IMG/VR virus record: IMGVR_UViG_3300020048_003367
Location: 37,863-101,862 of that record
Length of the DNA: 64,000 bases
Reading direction: 5' to 3' (one strand)
DNA from: a virus
The stretch's first letter is position 1; every line of letters begins with the position of its first letter. Both the position numbers and the translations under genes were made by a program. Positions 19,114 to 28,467 of the stretch are shown here, in pieces. Below the pieces are notes generated by a model, which searched no databases, was not told where the DNA came from, and saw only the letters and a program-made list of their open reading frames with translations.

Positions 19114-22047
19114 TTAAATTTTGCGACTGCTTTCTTCCATATAATCAGGATTTTTTGCCTGTTGTTGAATTTTGAGTTGCATATTATCAACTTTAGCAGT
19201 TAATTGTTTTAGCTTGCGATCATGGTCTTTGTCATTTTTCTCGCTGTGGCCCAAGCCACGCTGCACCCATTTTGCAAAGGCCATGTCCTCGTCGCCGCCA
19301 AATTCTGGATAATGTTGCTGTGCAAAGCGTCTAGCTTGAGTGAGTTCTGGATCAGTAGCCAGATCCACGCGGCTACTTTCATAGGTAGCGGCCCAGCCTT
19401 GATTTTCGTCAACTGGTTTGTCTGCTAGTGGGCCACCTGTTACCCAAGCATCGCAGGTTCTACGACTGGCACATTTGAACTTCAGGAACTTGCAGTAGCC
19501 CAAGTCGCCAGCATCAATTACGCCTTCGGCATCTTCGGGACTGCTACTGTCAATACCTTGTGCAATGCAGTCCAAGGTGTCTTGACGAATGTCAAATGCT
19601 GCACAGTTGCCGCACAAGCTGCTTTGTGCTTCTTCCATGCTGTCCAGATTCCACTCATCAACTTTTTTCATCCAGAACTTGGTGTTGGGCAAGTCTGGGT
19701 TGAGTGGGCCGTATCCGTATTCGTTGATGGCTTTTTGTCTGTTGTTGAGATTCAGTGTGATATCTTGTGTGGCAGGTGGACACTTCTTGGCAGCTTCTGT
19801 CATGCCTTCATCATACTTGGGCATTGGTCGTTGCCCAGGGCGGCCTTTAACTCCACGCTTCTCTGTGCTTGGTGGTTTTGTTGGAGGAACAATATCACCC
19901 TGATTTCTAAATGGCTGCGGAGCCTTCTTAGGATTGCGGATATGGATAGGAGCCAGTGGTACTACAAAAGGAGCGCCTTCCGCCACACCTTGTTGACCTT
20001 CATATATCAAACTATCTATACGTTTATATTTAATATTAAACGCATTCATTAATAATTCAACTTCTCGTAAACATTGATCTCTAGCACCGCCCACTAGGTA
20101 AGCACCGTTAAATCTTTTTAATTGTGCTACACTGGTCCAGTTTACTGACAGTGGTTCATCATTTAATTCTTCCATGGCTCCTTGAATCAAAGACTGCTGT
20201 GTCGTGCGTTTGTTGAATGGAGGAAACTGCAATTCTCTGCTGTCGTTTTTGTGTTGTTGATATAACTCACGTATGGTAGCAATAATAGTAGACGGTTCTA
20301 TGCCAGCATCCATCCAGCCACGGAAGTATCCATAGCCCTTGTCCACTATTTGAAAACGGCTCCAGTTAATAGGATTGGTGTCGGGGTCATTGTCATACCA
20401 GTCTGGATCAATGGTATCTTCCCAGTATGTTTGAATCGCAGCCACAGTATCACCGCTGAGTCCTTGGTCTTCTGCGTTGACAAACATCAGCACTGGGCCT
20501 GTTTGTTTATTAACAAAATTAATAATTTGCGGAAACACTGCTGACTCGTCGCCGTCATTCATTCCCGAATATTCGGGCTGAACATCCACTACTATGACTG
20601 GATGTGCTAGACCTTCATTCAACGAGCCTTCCGCCACACCTTTCTCTACGCTTTCTTTAAATTCGTCCTTTGGTGCAGACTTATTCAAATTGTCAATAAT
20701 AGATTTGTGTGCTTTTATAAATGAATCCTCTCTTCGAGTCTGAACTTCAGGATCTCTTTTTCTAGCTGACTCGATTGTACTAACAATAGCACGATAAGCA
20801 TCATTTACAAATTCTTTATTGTTGTTATTTTGAATATATTGATTTAATGTATCTTTGACTTGTGTATGTATTTCAGGATTAGAGTCTTTTGAAATTATGT
20901 ATAAAGTTAATGCTAAGTTTAGATTGGCATATTCGGGAGTAAAAATATCTTTCGCTCCAGAACGTTGCTGTTGAGCCTGTTGTTGTGGTTGCGATTGTTG
21001 TCGAGAACGTCCAGCTTTTGTATACTCATTGAGTTTTTGTAAAATTGCAGCCGTGTAAGCATCCATAAAAGTGTTTGCTGTGCTTATAGCAGTCTTTGCG
21101 CCTCCACGATCTGTAATAGACGGAGGCACTGCATCAGCGGCACGATAAGCCGAATCGGTAGCATAATCAATTACCTCTAATACATTATAGCCATTGGTGT
21201 CCATACAATACGCCAATACAGCTTTGTTTACATTCTGTGCAATGTAGTCCATTATTCTGCTTTGCTCTCCACCAAATTTAACTGTGAAAAACTTTCCGAT
21301 TGCAGTTTGTGCTTTTTGAACAGCAATACGGGCCGCAACGTCGAACTTAACCTCTTGAGCCTTAGCACCACCAGCTGCACCTGCTACTGCCGCTGCACCC
21401 ATGCCCTTTAAGAATCCTCTACGGTCTATTTCTGATAAGGAGCCTTCCGCCACACCTTGCTCACCACCAATAGCAGCGTCTAACAGTTTGACCACTGTAG
21501 CAGCTAACTTGGCGTTGCCTTGCGCTTTAGGGTACAAGCTCATCACAAGAGCTGTTTTGCGGCGGTCGTCTAGACTGGGCCATGCACTACGGATCTGTGT
21601 AGCTGACGTCATGCCTGGACCAAACTCCACTGTGGGCAAGTAGGCCATGTAAGCATGTTTTGCAAATGGTTCTAACTTTTTGGCACCCAGCAAAGGCTGC
21701 AAGTAGCTAGGTGAGCCGTCTTTTTTAACACCACCGGGTAGTGGTTGCGACTTGGCGTCTTTTTCTGAACGAACAAAGATCAAGGTGTCTTGTTCGGGAT
21801 TGTACTTGCTGGTAATTTCAGCAGCACGAAATGGTGAGCTTACTTGTACAAAGTGTCCAGCTTCTACACCGGCCAATTTGGCCAGCTTTTCTTTTACAGC
21901 AAACGGAAAAGGTCTTGAACTGGTATCATTGGTTGCAGCAACATACACCTCAGCGTTGGGGAAAGTTCTTTTTGCGCTTTGATAAAGGGCATGGTGCCCT
22001 GCGTGGTAGGGATGGAAACCGCCCGGCATGATTACAATTGTGGTCAT
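19114..22047 (-). CDS. modular polyprotein: HxGH nucleotidyltransferase, Tat-signal cassette, isochorismatase-like cassette, Cys-rich domain
   Basis: PGGFHPYHAGH; DRRGFLKG; VIVVDVQ...VGGARDQC; CGNC...C...C...C; three GVAEG repeats. Confidence 0.8.
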   Translation of the reverse strand: MTTIVIMPGGFHPYHAGHHALYQSAKRTFPNAEVYVAATNDTSSRPFPFAVKEKLAKLAGVEAGHFVQVSSPFRAAEITSKYNPEQDTLIFVRSEKDAKSQPLPGGVKKDGSPSYLQPLLGAKKLEPFAKHAYMAYLPTVEFGPGMTSATQIRSAWPSLDDRRKTALVMSLYPKAQGNAKLAATVVKLLDAAIGGEQGVAEGSLSEIDRRGFLKGMGAAAVAGAAGGAKAQEVKFDVAARIAVQKAQTAIGKFFTVKFGGEQSRIMDYIAQNVNKAVLAYCMDTNGYNVLEVIDYATDSAYRAADAVPPSITDRGGAKTAISTANTFMDAYTAAILQKLNEYTKAGRSRQQSQPQQQAQQQRSGAKDIFTPEYANLNLALTLYIISKDSNPEIHTQVKDTLNQYIQNNNNKEFVNDAYRAIVSTIESARKRDPEVQTRREDSFIKAHKSIIDNLNKSAPKDEFKESVEKGVAEGSLNEGLAHPVIVVDVQPEYSGMNDGDESAVFPQIINFVNKQTGPVLMFVNAEDQGLSGDTVAAIQTYWEDTIDPDWYDNDPDTNPINWSRFQIVDKGYGYFRGWMDAGIEPSTIIATIRELYQQHKNDSRELQFPPFNKRTTQQSLIQGAMEELNDEPLSVNWTSVAQLKRFNGAYLVGGARDQCLREVELLMNAFNIKYKRIDSLIYEGQQGVAEGAPFVVPLAPIHIRNPKKAPQPFRNQGDIVPPTKPPSTEKRGVKGRPGQRPMPKYDEGMTEAAKKCPPATQDITLNLNNRQKAINEYGYGPLNPDLPNTKFWMKKVDEWNLDSMEEAQSSLCGNCAAFDIRQDTLDCIAQGIDSSSPEDAEGVIDAGDLGYCKFLKFKCASRRTCDAWVTGGPLADKPVDENQGWAATYESSRVDLATDPELTQARRFAQQHYPEFGGDEDMAFAKWVQRGLGHSEKNDKDHDRKLKQLTAKVDNMQLKIQQQAKNPDYMEESSRKI
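19977..21457 (-). repeat. three copies of the 14-bp direct repeat CTTCCGCCACACCT
   Basis: exact copies at 19977, 20628 and 21444. Confidence 0.95.
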
Positions 22048-22063
22048 GCCAGTATTTAGCGAG

Positions 22064-22501
22064 TTATAATCGTTCTAGCAACCAGAGGTACATTGGTGTA
22101 CCAAAGCTAAAGATTAGGTCACCGTTGCAGCCCGCATGATCATGGAACTGATCTATCATGGGCTCTGCATATCCGTTGCTGTCATGATGATATTCAACAA
22201 TGCTGTTCATTAATGGATCTATACAGATACCATCAAGCGCAAAGTTATTCAATACCAGCAATACATCACTAACAATAGTTCCTTGTTGGTCGATCACAGT
22301 GTGTTCAGATTTTTTACCTGATATTGTTATTTTGATTTTATGTGTTTGTTCAATTTCGTCATCAAATGGGTGACTAAATGTCAATGGCTTAGTCACGTGA
22401 TCAACACGGAGTAAACACACATCTTGATACCATACACTAACTCCAAGGGAGCAAGAGTAATCAGTAGAAGCAATATCAAATGTTAGTAATGCCTGTGACA
22501 T
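22064..22501 (-). CDS. hypothetical protein
   Basis: 145 aa ORF in operon context. Confidence 0.6.
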   Translation of the reverse strand: MSQALLTFDIASTDYSCSLGVSVWYQDVCLLRVDHVTKPLTFSHPFDDEIEQTHKIKITISGKKSEHTVIDQQGTIVSDVLLVLNNFALDGICIDPLMNSIVEYHHDSNGYAEPMIDQFHDHAGCNGDLIFSFGTPMYLWLLERL

Positions 22502-22503
22502 GG

Positions 22504-22869
22504 TTAATATGTGACCGAAACAGTGTTGATTGTGCCAGTTGTAAATCCCTGGACTCTGGCACGCAGCCAGGTGAAATTGCCGGTAATCGTGGATGTGTAA
22601 TAAGTGGTAACGGTTGAGTTTAAATCTCCAAACACATCAACTTCAACCCAGTTGGCCGAATCAGGATCATCATCCAGTGTGGCTTCAATGTGTATTAAGC
22701 CTTCAACAGTGTTGAGATTAAACAACACAGTTTGAATACCAACTCGCCCGCGATAGTAAGCGGCGGCCTTGACAGGATAGCTGCTCCAGTCCAAACTGGA
22801 ACCATCATAGGTGCCTGATGGATCACCGTGAACCACATTGCTCAACAAGATTTCTGTATTAACAGTCAT
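22504..22869 (-). CDS. hypothetical, possible virion structural protein
   Basis: beta-rich 121 aa, ends GNFTWLRARV. Confidence 0.55.
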   Translation of the reverse strand: MTVNTEILLSNVVHGDPSGTYDGSSLDWSSYPVKAAAYYRGRVGIQTVLFNLNTVEGLIHIEATLDDDPDSANWVEVDVFGDLNSTVTTYYTSTITGNFTWLRARVQGFTTGTINTVSVTY

Positions 22870-23036
22870 TACGCTCTCACAACTTCTACCACAATGCCTT
22901 GACCCAGGAGCTCTTCGGCTACTGATTGCAGTGCTTCGCAGATTTCATTTGTAGCAAGATACTGTTCTCCAGTATCTTTTACCTTGACCAACTTGCTCAG
23001 TGTGATCACTACTGTTTCTTCGTGTATTTTTGCCAT
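22869..23036 (-). CDS. small hypothetical protein (55 aa; absent from ORF track)
   Basis: MAKIHEETVVITLSKLVK...VVEVVRA; TATAAATA upstream; stop overlaps the next ATG. Confidence 0.7.
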   Translation of the reverse strand: MAKIHEETVVITLSKLVKVKDTGEQYLATNEICEALQSVAEELLGQGIVVEVVRA

Positions 23037-23038
23037 AG

Positions 23039-23692
23039 TCAAGTATTTATACGCTGAACAATAGGCACAGTCTTTCTAAAAGGCCTGGGCATGATCAGAG
23101 CCAGCATGGTAGCATACACAGGATCGTCATAGTCTACATAGTAGTGATCCGGGAACCAGTGCTTGCCGGGCCAGGAGCCTTTCAAAAACTGCTTCATTCC
23201 CGGGCTAGGTTTTATAGCAGTGCCTTGTGCGTCAAAGAACTCTCGAAGAGCCGGAATCTTGTCTCCAGGAAATTGTTGTGCTTTGAAGTAGCTGCGTAGT
23301 TTATGCGTGGGCTCTAGTAACAGCACAGTGTCGCGTGGCCGATCAATCACAGCTTGCTTGATTCTTGCGTTACATACAAATGCACAGTCCGCAATCAAGT
23401 TGTCAGCCAGAGCGGGTGTGTTTGTGTAGATTGTGCCCCAGCTACCCGACACCATCAGTTTGAACGGTTCTGTGATACTGTTGATGTGGGCCAATGCAGT
23501 CTGTAGATTCGGCACAACATCGCCGGAATACCGAGCCTGGCTCGTCCAGCTCATTCTAATACTAATATAGTCGTTAAACTTTACGCTATCACGAATCCTG
23601 AGAGTATGTGCTTCTTTCAAAAAGAAACTAAACGCATACTCCCACTTGTCAAAGTACAGCCGATCGCGGCTTTCAGTTTTGAGTGTCAACAA
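23039..23692 (-). CDS. hypothetical protein
   Basis: long ORF downstream of clpA; start uncertain. Confidence 0.6.
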   Translation of the reverse strand: MLTLKTESRDRLYFDKWEYAFSFFLKEAHTLRIRDSVKFNDYISIRMSWTSQARYSGDVVPNLQTALAHINSITEPFKLMVSGSWGTIYTNTPALADNLIADCAFVCNARIKQAVIDRPRDTVLLLEPTHKLRSYFKAQQFPGDKIPALREFFDAQGTAIKPSPGMKQFLKGSWPGKHWFPDHYYVDYDDPVYATMLALIMPRPFRKTVPIVQRINT

Positions 23693-25937
23693 CGATGATC
23701 CCTTCTTGATTGACTCCGGGCTGCGCGGTGTGTTCCACAGCAAACACAGCAGCATCATTCTCGATATCCACTGTGACTACACAATTGTCAAGACGTTCAA
23801 ACAAGATCTTCTTTGACAGAGGTACACGGATAATCTCGTCAATTTTGCGACTCAAGGGGCGAGCACCCATTTTGCTGTCGTAACCTTTATCGGCCAAGTA
23901 GTCCACAACTGCTTCAGTAATGTTGAGTCGGATACCTTTGGGTGTCAAGCTGGTCTTGAGTTGATCTACGAATTTTACCACAATCTTCTTGATGGCCAGA
24001 GTATCTAGCTTACCAAACTTTACAATAGCATCAATACGATTTCGCAGCTCAGGACGGAAGAACTCTTTCAAAGCACGGTCATCTTCACCTGTTTTCTCTT
24101 GTGCTCCAAAGCCAATAGCATTGACTTCGCTATCACGTGCGCCCAGGTTAGATGTCATGATGATAATGGTGTTCTTGCATGACACTCTCTTGCCGTTGGC
24201 GCCGGTAATGTGTCCTTCATCCAGCATTTGCAGCAAGATGTTGGTGACATCGGGGTGTGCTTTTTCGATCTCGTCAAACAAGATCACAGCAAACGGATTC
24301 TTGCTGATGTCTGAAATCAGTTTGCCGCCGCCCAAGTTGCCATCTTCAAAGCCCACATAGCCCGGAGGTGCACCAATTAGACTTGATACAGTGTGTTTTT
24401 CTTGGAACTCACTCATATCATAGCGCAACATCTTCATTTCAAGATTGTCTGCTAGTGCCTTGGCCAGTTCAGTTTTGCCTGTACCAGTTGGGCCCAAGAA
24501 CAAGAAGCTGCTCATGGGCTTGGCTTCGTTGCCAATGCCTGCAAAACTGATGTACACACGTTCTAACACTGTGTCCACTGCTGAGTCTTGTCCATACAAG
24601 CGTTGCTTGACGTTGCTTTCCAGTTCCATGATCTTGACACTGCGTTCGTTTTGCAGTTTGTCCACAGGCACGCCTGCTACACGACTCAGTTGTTCTTCGA
24701 TCATGCTCTTGGTTATGGTTGTAAGACCTGCATCCTTGACACGTTCTCTAGCACATGCTGCATCAATAAGGTCAATACTCTTGTCCGGATTCTTGCGATC
24801 ATGGATGTATCGGTTTGCAAGTTCAACTGCGGCCAAGATAGCTTCGGTGTCAATTAGTACGTTATGAAACTGTTCAAGTCTAGGACTAAGACCAATGAGA
24901 ATTTGTTCAGTAGTGTTGGCATCTGGCTCGTCAATACTCAAGCGATAGAAGCGGCGCATAAGAGCCCGATCCTTTTCAAAGCTTTCGTAATACTCTTCCC
25001 AGGTAGTGCTTGCTACAACTTTCAAGTGGCCCTTGGTAATAGCCGGTTTTAGCATGTTGGCAAAGTCCAAGCTAGATTGTGACCCTGCTCCTGCACCTTT
25101 CATGGTATGCGCTTCATCCACAAACAAGATGCAGTTCTTTTTGCTTTCAAGAGCACCAATCACTTGTTTGAACTTTTCTTCAAACTCACCGCGGTACTTT
25201 GATCCAGCCAACAGCGAACCAATCTCCAGGCTCCAGACTTCGTGTCCCTTGATAAACTCAGGCACACGCCCGGCAATGATTTCCTGGGCCAGACCATCAA
25301 TAATAGCAGTCTTGCCCACACCAGGATCGCCTACCATGAGCACGTTGGCCTTGAAGCGGCGTGCTAGCACAGTGATCATTTCTTGCAGTTCTGTGGCACG
25401 ACCAATCATGGGCTCCAACTGACCTTTTTGTGCTTGAGCAGTGATGTTGGTGCAGTACTCGGTAAGAATCTCATCAGCTTGATTTGAAGTCATTCGAACT
25501 TCAGCAGCAGGCTGATAATTTTTGTGCCAGAACTCCACAAACTCTGACTTCTTCAAGCCATGCTTGAGCATGAAGTATTGTGCATGGCTATTGCTTTCAC
25601 TCATGATACTAAGAAATACATCAATCACGCTGAGTGTGCGACGACCTGTAAACATCACTTGCACGTTAGCGCGATTGAATACTCGTTCCAGTGCAGATGT
25701 TTTCTTTGGGCTGTCATTGCTGGCACGGGCCAGGCTCACCAGGCTCACTATATAAGCCATCAAGTCAATGTCTAATTGTTCTACATCCATACCATATTTG
25801 GCCAAGCATTTTCTAAAAGGCACATGCCGTACCATGGCCAAGGTCAAGTGCTCGGTTGTTACGTATTCGTGTCCAAGTTCACGTGCCAGTTGCACAGATT
25901 GATCAACGATGTTTTCGATTTCAGCTGAGGGATTCAT
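23673..25937 (-). CDS. clpA: ATP-dependent Clp protease ATPase subunit ClpA-like
   Basis: Clp-N domain, Walker A GDPGVGKT and GPTGTGKT, GYVG pore loop, IGF ClpP-docking loop, no ClpB middle domain. Confidence 0.92.
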   Translation of the reverse strand: MNPSAEIENIVDQSVQLARELGHEYVTTEHLTLAMVRHVPFRKCLAKYGMDVEQLDIDLMAYIVSLVSLARASNDSPKKTSALERVFNRANVQVMFTGRRTLSVIDVFLSIMSESNSHAQYFMLKHGLKKSEFVEFWHKNYQPAAEVRMTSNQADEILTEYCTNITAQAQKGQLEPMIGRATELQEMITVLARRFKANVLMVGDPGVGKTAIIDGLAQEIIAGRVPEFIKGHEVWSLEIGSLLAGSKYRGEFEEKFKQVIGALESKKNCILFVDEAHTMKGAGAGSQSSLDFANMLKPAITKGHLKVVASTTWEEYYESFEKDRALMRRFYRLSIDEPDANTTEQILIGLSPRLEQFHNVLIDTEAILAAVELANRYIHDRKNPDKSIDLIDAACARERVKDAGLTTITKSMIEEQLSRVAGVPVDKLQNERSVKIMELESNVKQRLYGQDSAVDTVLERVYISFAGIGNEAKPMSSFLFLGPTGTGKTELAKALADNLEMKMLRYDMSEFQEKHTVSSLIGAPPGYVGFEDGNLGGGKLISDISKNPFAVILFDEIEKAHPDVTNILLQMLDEGHITGANGKRVSCKNTIIIMTSNLGARDSEVNAIGFGAQEKTGEDDRALKEFFRPELRNRIDAIVKFGKLDTLAIKKIVVKFVDQLKTSLTPKGIRLNITEAVVDYLADKGYDSKMGARPLSRKIDEIIRVPLSKKILFERLDNCVVTVDIENDAAVFAVEHTAQPGVNQEGIIVVDTQN

Positions 25938-26000
25938 AGAGCTCCTTGATTAGATTGTTTATTATACAACATGTAGAATTGTTTCACAAGTGGTTTTGGT

Positions 26001-26780
26001 TTATCGATGTTGTTCGATTGCTGCTAGTATTTCGGGTGCAATAGTGGCAGGGACTTGTGCCTGCAAACGAATCATTACATCTCCACGCTGTCCTTGTGAA
26101 TTGCCCAAACCATGACCTCGTAGACGCATGACTGAGCCTGGTTGGGTGTGTGAGGGAATTCGGAAAACTACCCCAGTGCCAGTAATGGTTTTTATTTCAG
26201 TGTCAGCACCCAGAATCATGTCCCAGATTGATACAGCGTGATCAGTATGCAAGGTCAAACCTTCGCGGCGCCATTGTGCGTGTGGATGTATCTTGAACTG
26301 TACCATGAGGTCCATGCCATTGGGACCAACCCCACTATATTGCACATTGTCACCATCTTCGATTCCTGGGGGAATTTGAATCTGTACAGTGCTAGTGCCT
26401 GAGTCAGACTTAACTTGCATGGTTCTGCTGCCTGCTTGTGCAACTTCTTCTAGCGTGGTCCAAATTGTGGTTCTCACATGATTAGACCTGCGCTGCGACC
26501 CAAACGGACTTTGTCCCCCAAACATCTGTCCAAATACATCATGCATGTTGAAGTGTGCGCCTTGGCCACCAAATCCTGAAAACTGCGGAGCAGGATTGTC
26601 GTAAGCAGCACGTTTGGCAGCGTCTCCTAGTGTGTCGTAGGCAGCTTGGATAGCTTGAAACTTGGCAGTATCGCCTCCCTTGTCGGGGTGATGTTGACTG
26701 GCCAGTTTTCGGAAAGCCTTTTTGACTTCGTCCTGTGTGGCGCTTTTGGAAACACCTAGTGTTTGGTAGTGGTCTGTCAT
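26001..26780 (-). CDS. DnaJ/CbpA-type co-chaperone
   Basis: J-domain with HPDKGG, G/F region, C-terminal DnaJ domain without Zn finger. Confidence 0.92.
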   Translation of the reverse strand: MTDHYQTLGVSKSATQDEVKKAFRKLASQHHPDKGGDTAKFQAIQAAYDTLGDAAKRAAYDNPAPQFSGFGGQGAHFNMHDVFGQMFGGQSPFGSQRRSNHVRTTIWTTLEEVAQAGSRTMQVKSDSGTSTVQIQIPPGIEDGDNVQYSGVGPNGMDLMVQFKIHPHAQWRREGLTLHTDHAVSIWDMILGADTEIKTITGTGVVFRIPSHTQPGSVMRLRGHGLGNSQGQRGDVMIRLQAQVPATIAPEILAAIEQHR

Positions 26781-27016
26781 GTGCATCCAAATTTCAATGT
26801 AAACATAATCGCAGGCTCTTCCCATTCAAATTGATATGTTACATAGCCTTGATCATACTCTTTAGTATCCAAATACCAACGCTGAAAATAGCTGTTGCCG
26901 GTTACAGGATATGATTCACACCATTCGTATGCACCTTCACATGCATCACGCCGCAGACGCACCTTGTGTATGAAGTCTGGGTTTGAACGGCCACCGCCGC
27001 TATAAAATCGTTCCAT
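26777..27016 (-). CDS. hypothetical protein
   Basis: 79 aa, ends MFTLKF, coupled to dnaJ. Confidence 0.6.
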   Translation of the reverse strand: MERFYSGGGRSNPDFIHKVRLRRDACEGAYEWCESYPVTGNSYFQRWYLDTKEYDQGYVTYQFEWEEPAIMFTLKFGCT

Positions 27017-27051
27017 AAAAAAAGTCCTGTACAGTTAATTATACAGGACTT
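27017..27051 (-). terminator. intrinsic terminator after the lysis operon
   Basis: 10-bp stem AAGTCCTGTA/TACAGGACTT followed by a T-run on the minus strand. Confidence 0.75.
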
Positions 27052-27066
27052 GGTGAGTCAAGTCAA
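27038..27066 (-). promoter_or_regulatory. sigma70 promoter overlapping the terminator
   Basis: TTGACT-N17-TATAAT. Confidence 0.75.
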
Positions 27067-27069
27067 ATG

Positions 27070-27291
27070 TTACTTCTTCTTGCCGTCGGGCACTTTCTCA
27101 GCGCCTTCCAATTTCTTGTGCTTTTTAACAGTTTTACAGTTTTGTTTTGGTTGCTTGGTTTTTGGGTCTGTTACAGTTTGGCCTGCTTTGTCTTTTACGT
27201 CAACACAGACCTTGGTGGTTTCTTTGGGCTCTTCAGCATACGTCAGCGAAGTACCTAGAGCTAGTGCAATTGCTAAGATTAATGATTTCAT
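27070..27291 (-). CDS. small secreted protein
   Basis: Sec signal MKSLILAIALALGTSLTYA, two Cys, Lys-rich. Confidence 0.7.
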   Translation of the reverse strand: MKSLILAIALALGTSLTYAEEPKETTKVCVDVKDKAGQTVTDPKTKQPKQNCKTVKKHKKLEGAEKVPDGKKK

Positions 27292-27300
27292 AGTGGTTCC

Positions 27301-27807
27301 TTATAATACAGGGAATTCGGCTTCAGGCGGAGCCTTTTTGCCACCCCAACCTGTTTGTACAGGTGCGCTGCCCCAGCTGTTGCTGGCTACAGGAGTTGAT
27401 CCCCAGCCAGGTGCCGGAGTGTATGCAGTACTAGACATTGACGGAGCAGGCATAGCAACTGTTGCAGATGGGGTAGCAACTGGCCCTGGCAACGCTGCTG
27501 CAGGTGTGCCGGTCACACCAGCCATTTTCTCTTGTCCGCGACTCCATGCACTAACGCCTAACACAGCACCCATGGCCACGTGGAACAAGCCACCGCCTTG
27601 TAAGGTAATTGGTGCCCATTGACGGAATGCATCATTGGCTGCACTTGTTTCCCAGAATTGTACAATAGTAAACATAATTGGGAATACTACAAAGTCAAAC
27701 AAACATGCAGTCATGTACATGATGGCCATCATGGGACGCCATTTCTTGGTCATCCAGTCTTCTTCTGATTTGGTAATTTTGCCTGGGGGTAATTGTTTTT
27801 TGCTCAC
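27301..27807 (-). CDS. putative holin (3TM-type)
   Basis: KWRPMMA motif, transmembrane segments, adjacent to the endolysin. Confidence 0.7.
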   Translation of the reverse strand: MSKKQLPPGKITKSEEDWMTKKWRPMMAIMYMTACLFDFVVFPIMFTIVQFWETSAANDAFRQWAPITLQGGGLFHVAMGAVLGVSAWSRGQEKMAGVTGTPAAALPGPVATPSATVAMPAPSMSSTAYTPAPGWGSTPVASNSWGSAPVQTGWGGKKAPPEAEFPVL

Positions 27808-27825
27808 GGTTGGCTCCTGTTATTT

Positions 27826-28446
27826 TTAGTGTCCGGTCAAAACATGCAAAGCATGTTCAGTGTGCTTTTGTCTATCTGCCAAGCCAATTTGTCCACCATT
27901 GATGGCACGAGTTAGACCCTTGACGTCATTGGCATCGGCAAAGCGATTCAAGTTGTTTTGTTCCCAGAAGAAGCAGGCTGACTGGGCAGCACCTTCAAAC
28001 GTGGCCAAATAGTCGGCAGCTTCTTCCACGGGAATGCCTAAACTGCCCGCGAAGAATGTGTAGTTGTCTTTGCCTGTGAGCTGGATCAAGCCACGTCCGC
28101 AATAGCGCCAGCCGTCACCTGACGCTTCGTCGCCGTTGCCCATTCTATTGGCATACACCTTGTTGGCAATCTTTTCAGGCTTGCGCTCATAAGGCTTGGC
28201 AGATTCCAATGTGGGAAAATACTTACGGAATGTGTTGTTGAGTCCAGCTGCACTGTAATTCAAGTTTTCTTTGATGAATTTGAATCCACCAGACTCATGA
28301 GCGCATTGTGCAATGAAGTGTGCCACACGTTGTGGTGTGTCAATACCATAATCATCCAGCAACTGGTCCAAGGCCTCGTGCCAGTCGTCTATGTAAGGGT
28401 TGCCTGGTACCAGTTGTTTTAGTTGTTCCAGTGTTAATATGCTCAT
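27826..28446 (-). CDS. glycoside hydrolase family 19 endolysin
   Basis: FIAQCAHESGGF, ENLNYS, GRGLIQLTGKDNY, INGG. Confidence 0.92.
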   Translation of the reverse strand: MSILTLEQLKQLVPGNPYIDDWHEALDQLLDDYGIDTPQRVAHFIAQCAHESGGFKFIKENLNYSAAGLNNTFRKYFPTLESAKPYERKPEKIANKVYANRMGNGDEASGDGWRYCGRGLIQLTGKDNYTFFAGSLGIPVEEAADYLATFEGAAQSACFFWEQNNLNRFADANDVKGLTRAINGGQIGLADRQKHTEHALHVLTGH

Positions 28447-28467
28447 GTGTTGGCTCCTTTATTTGTT

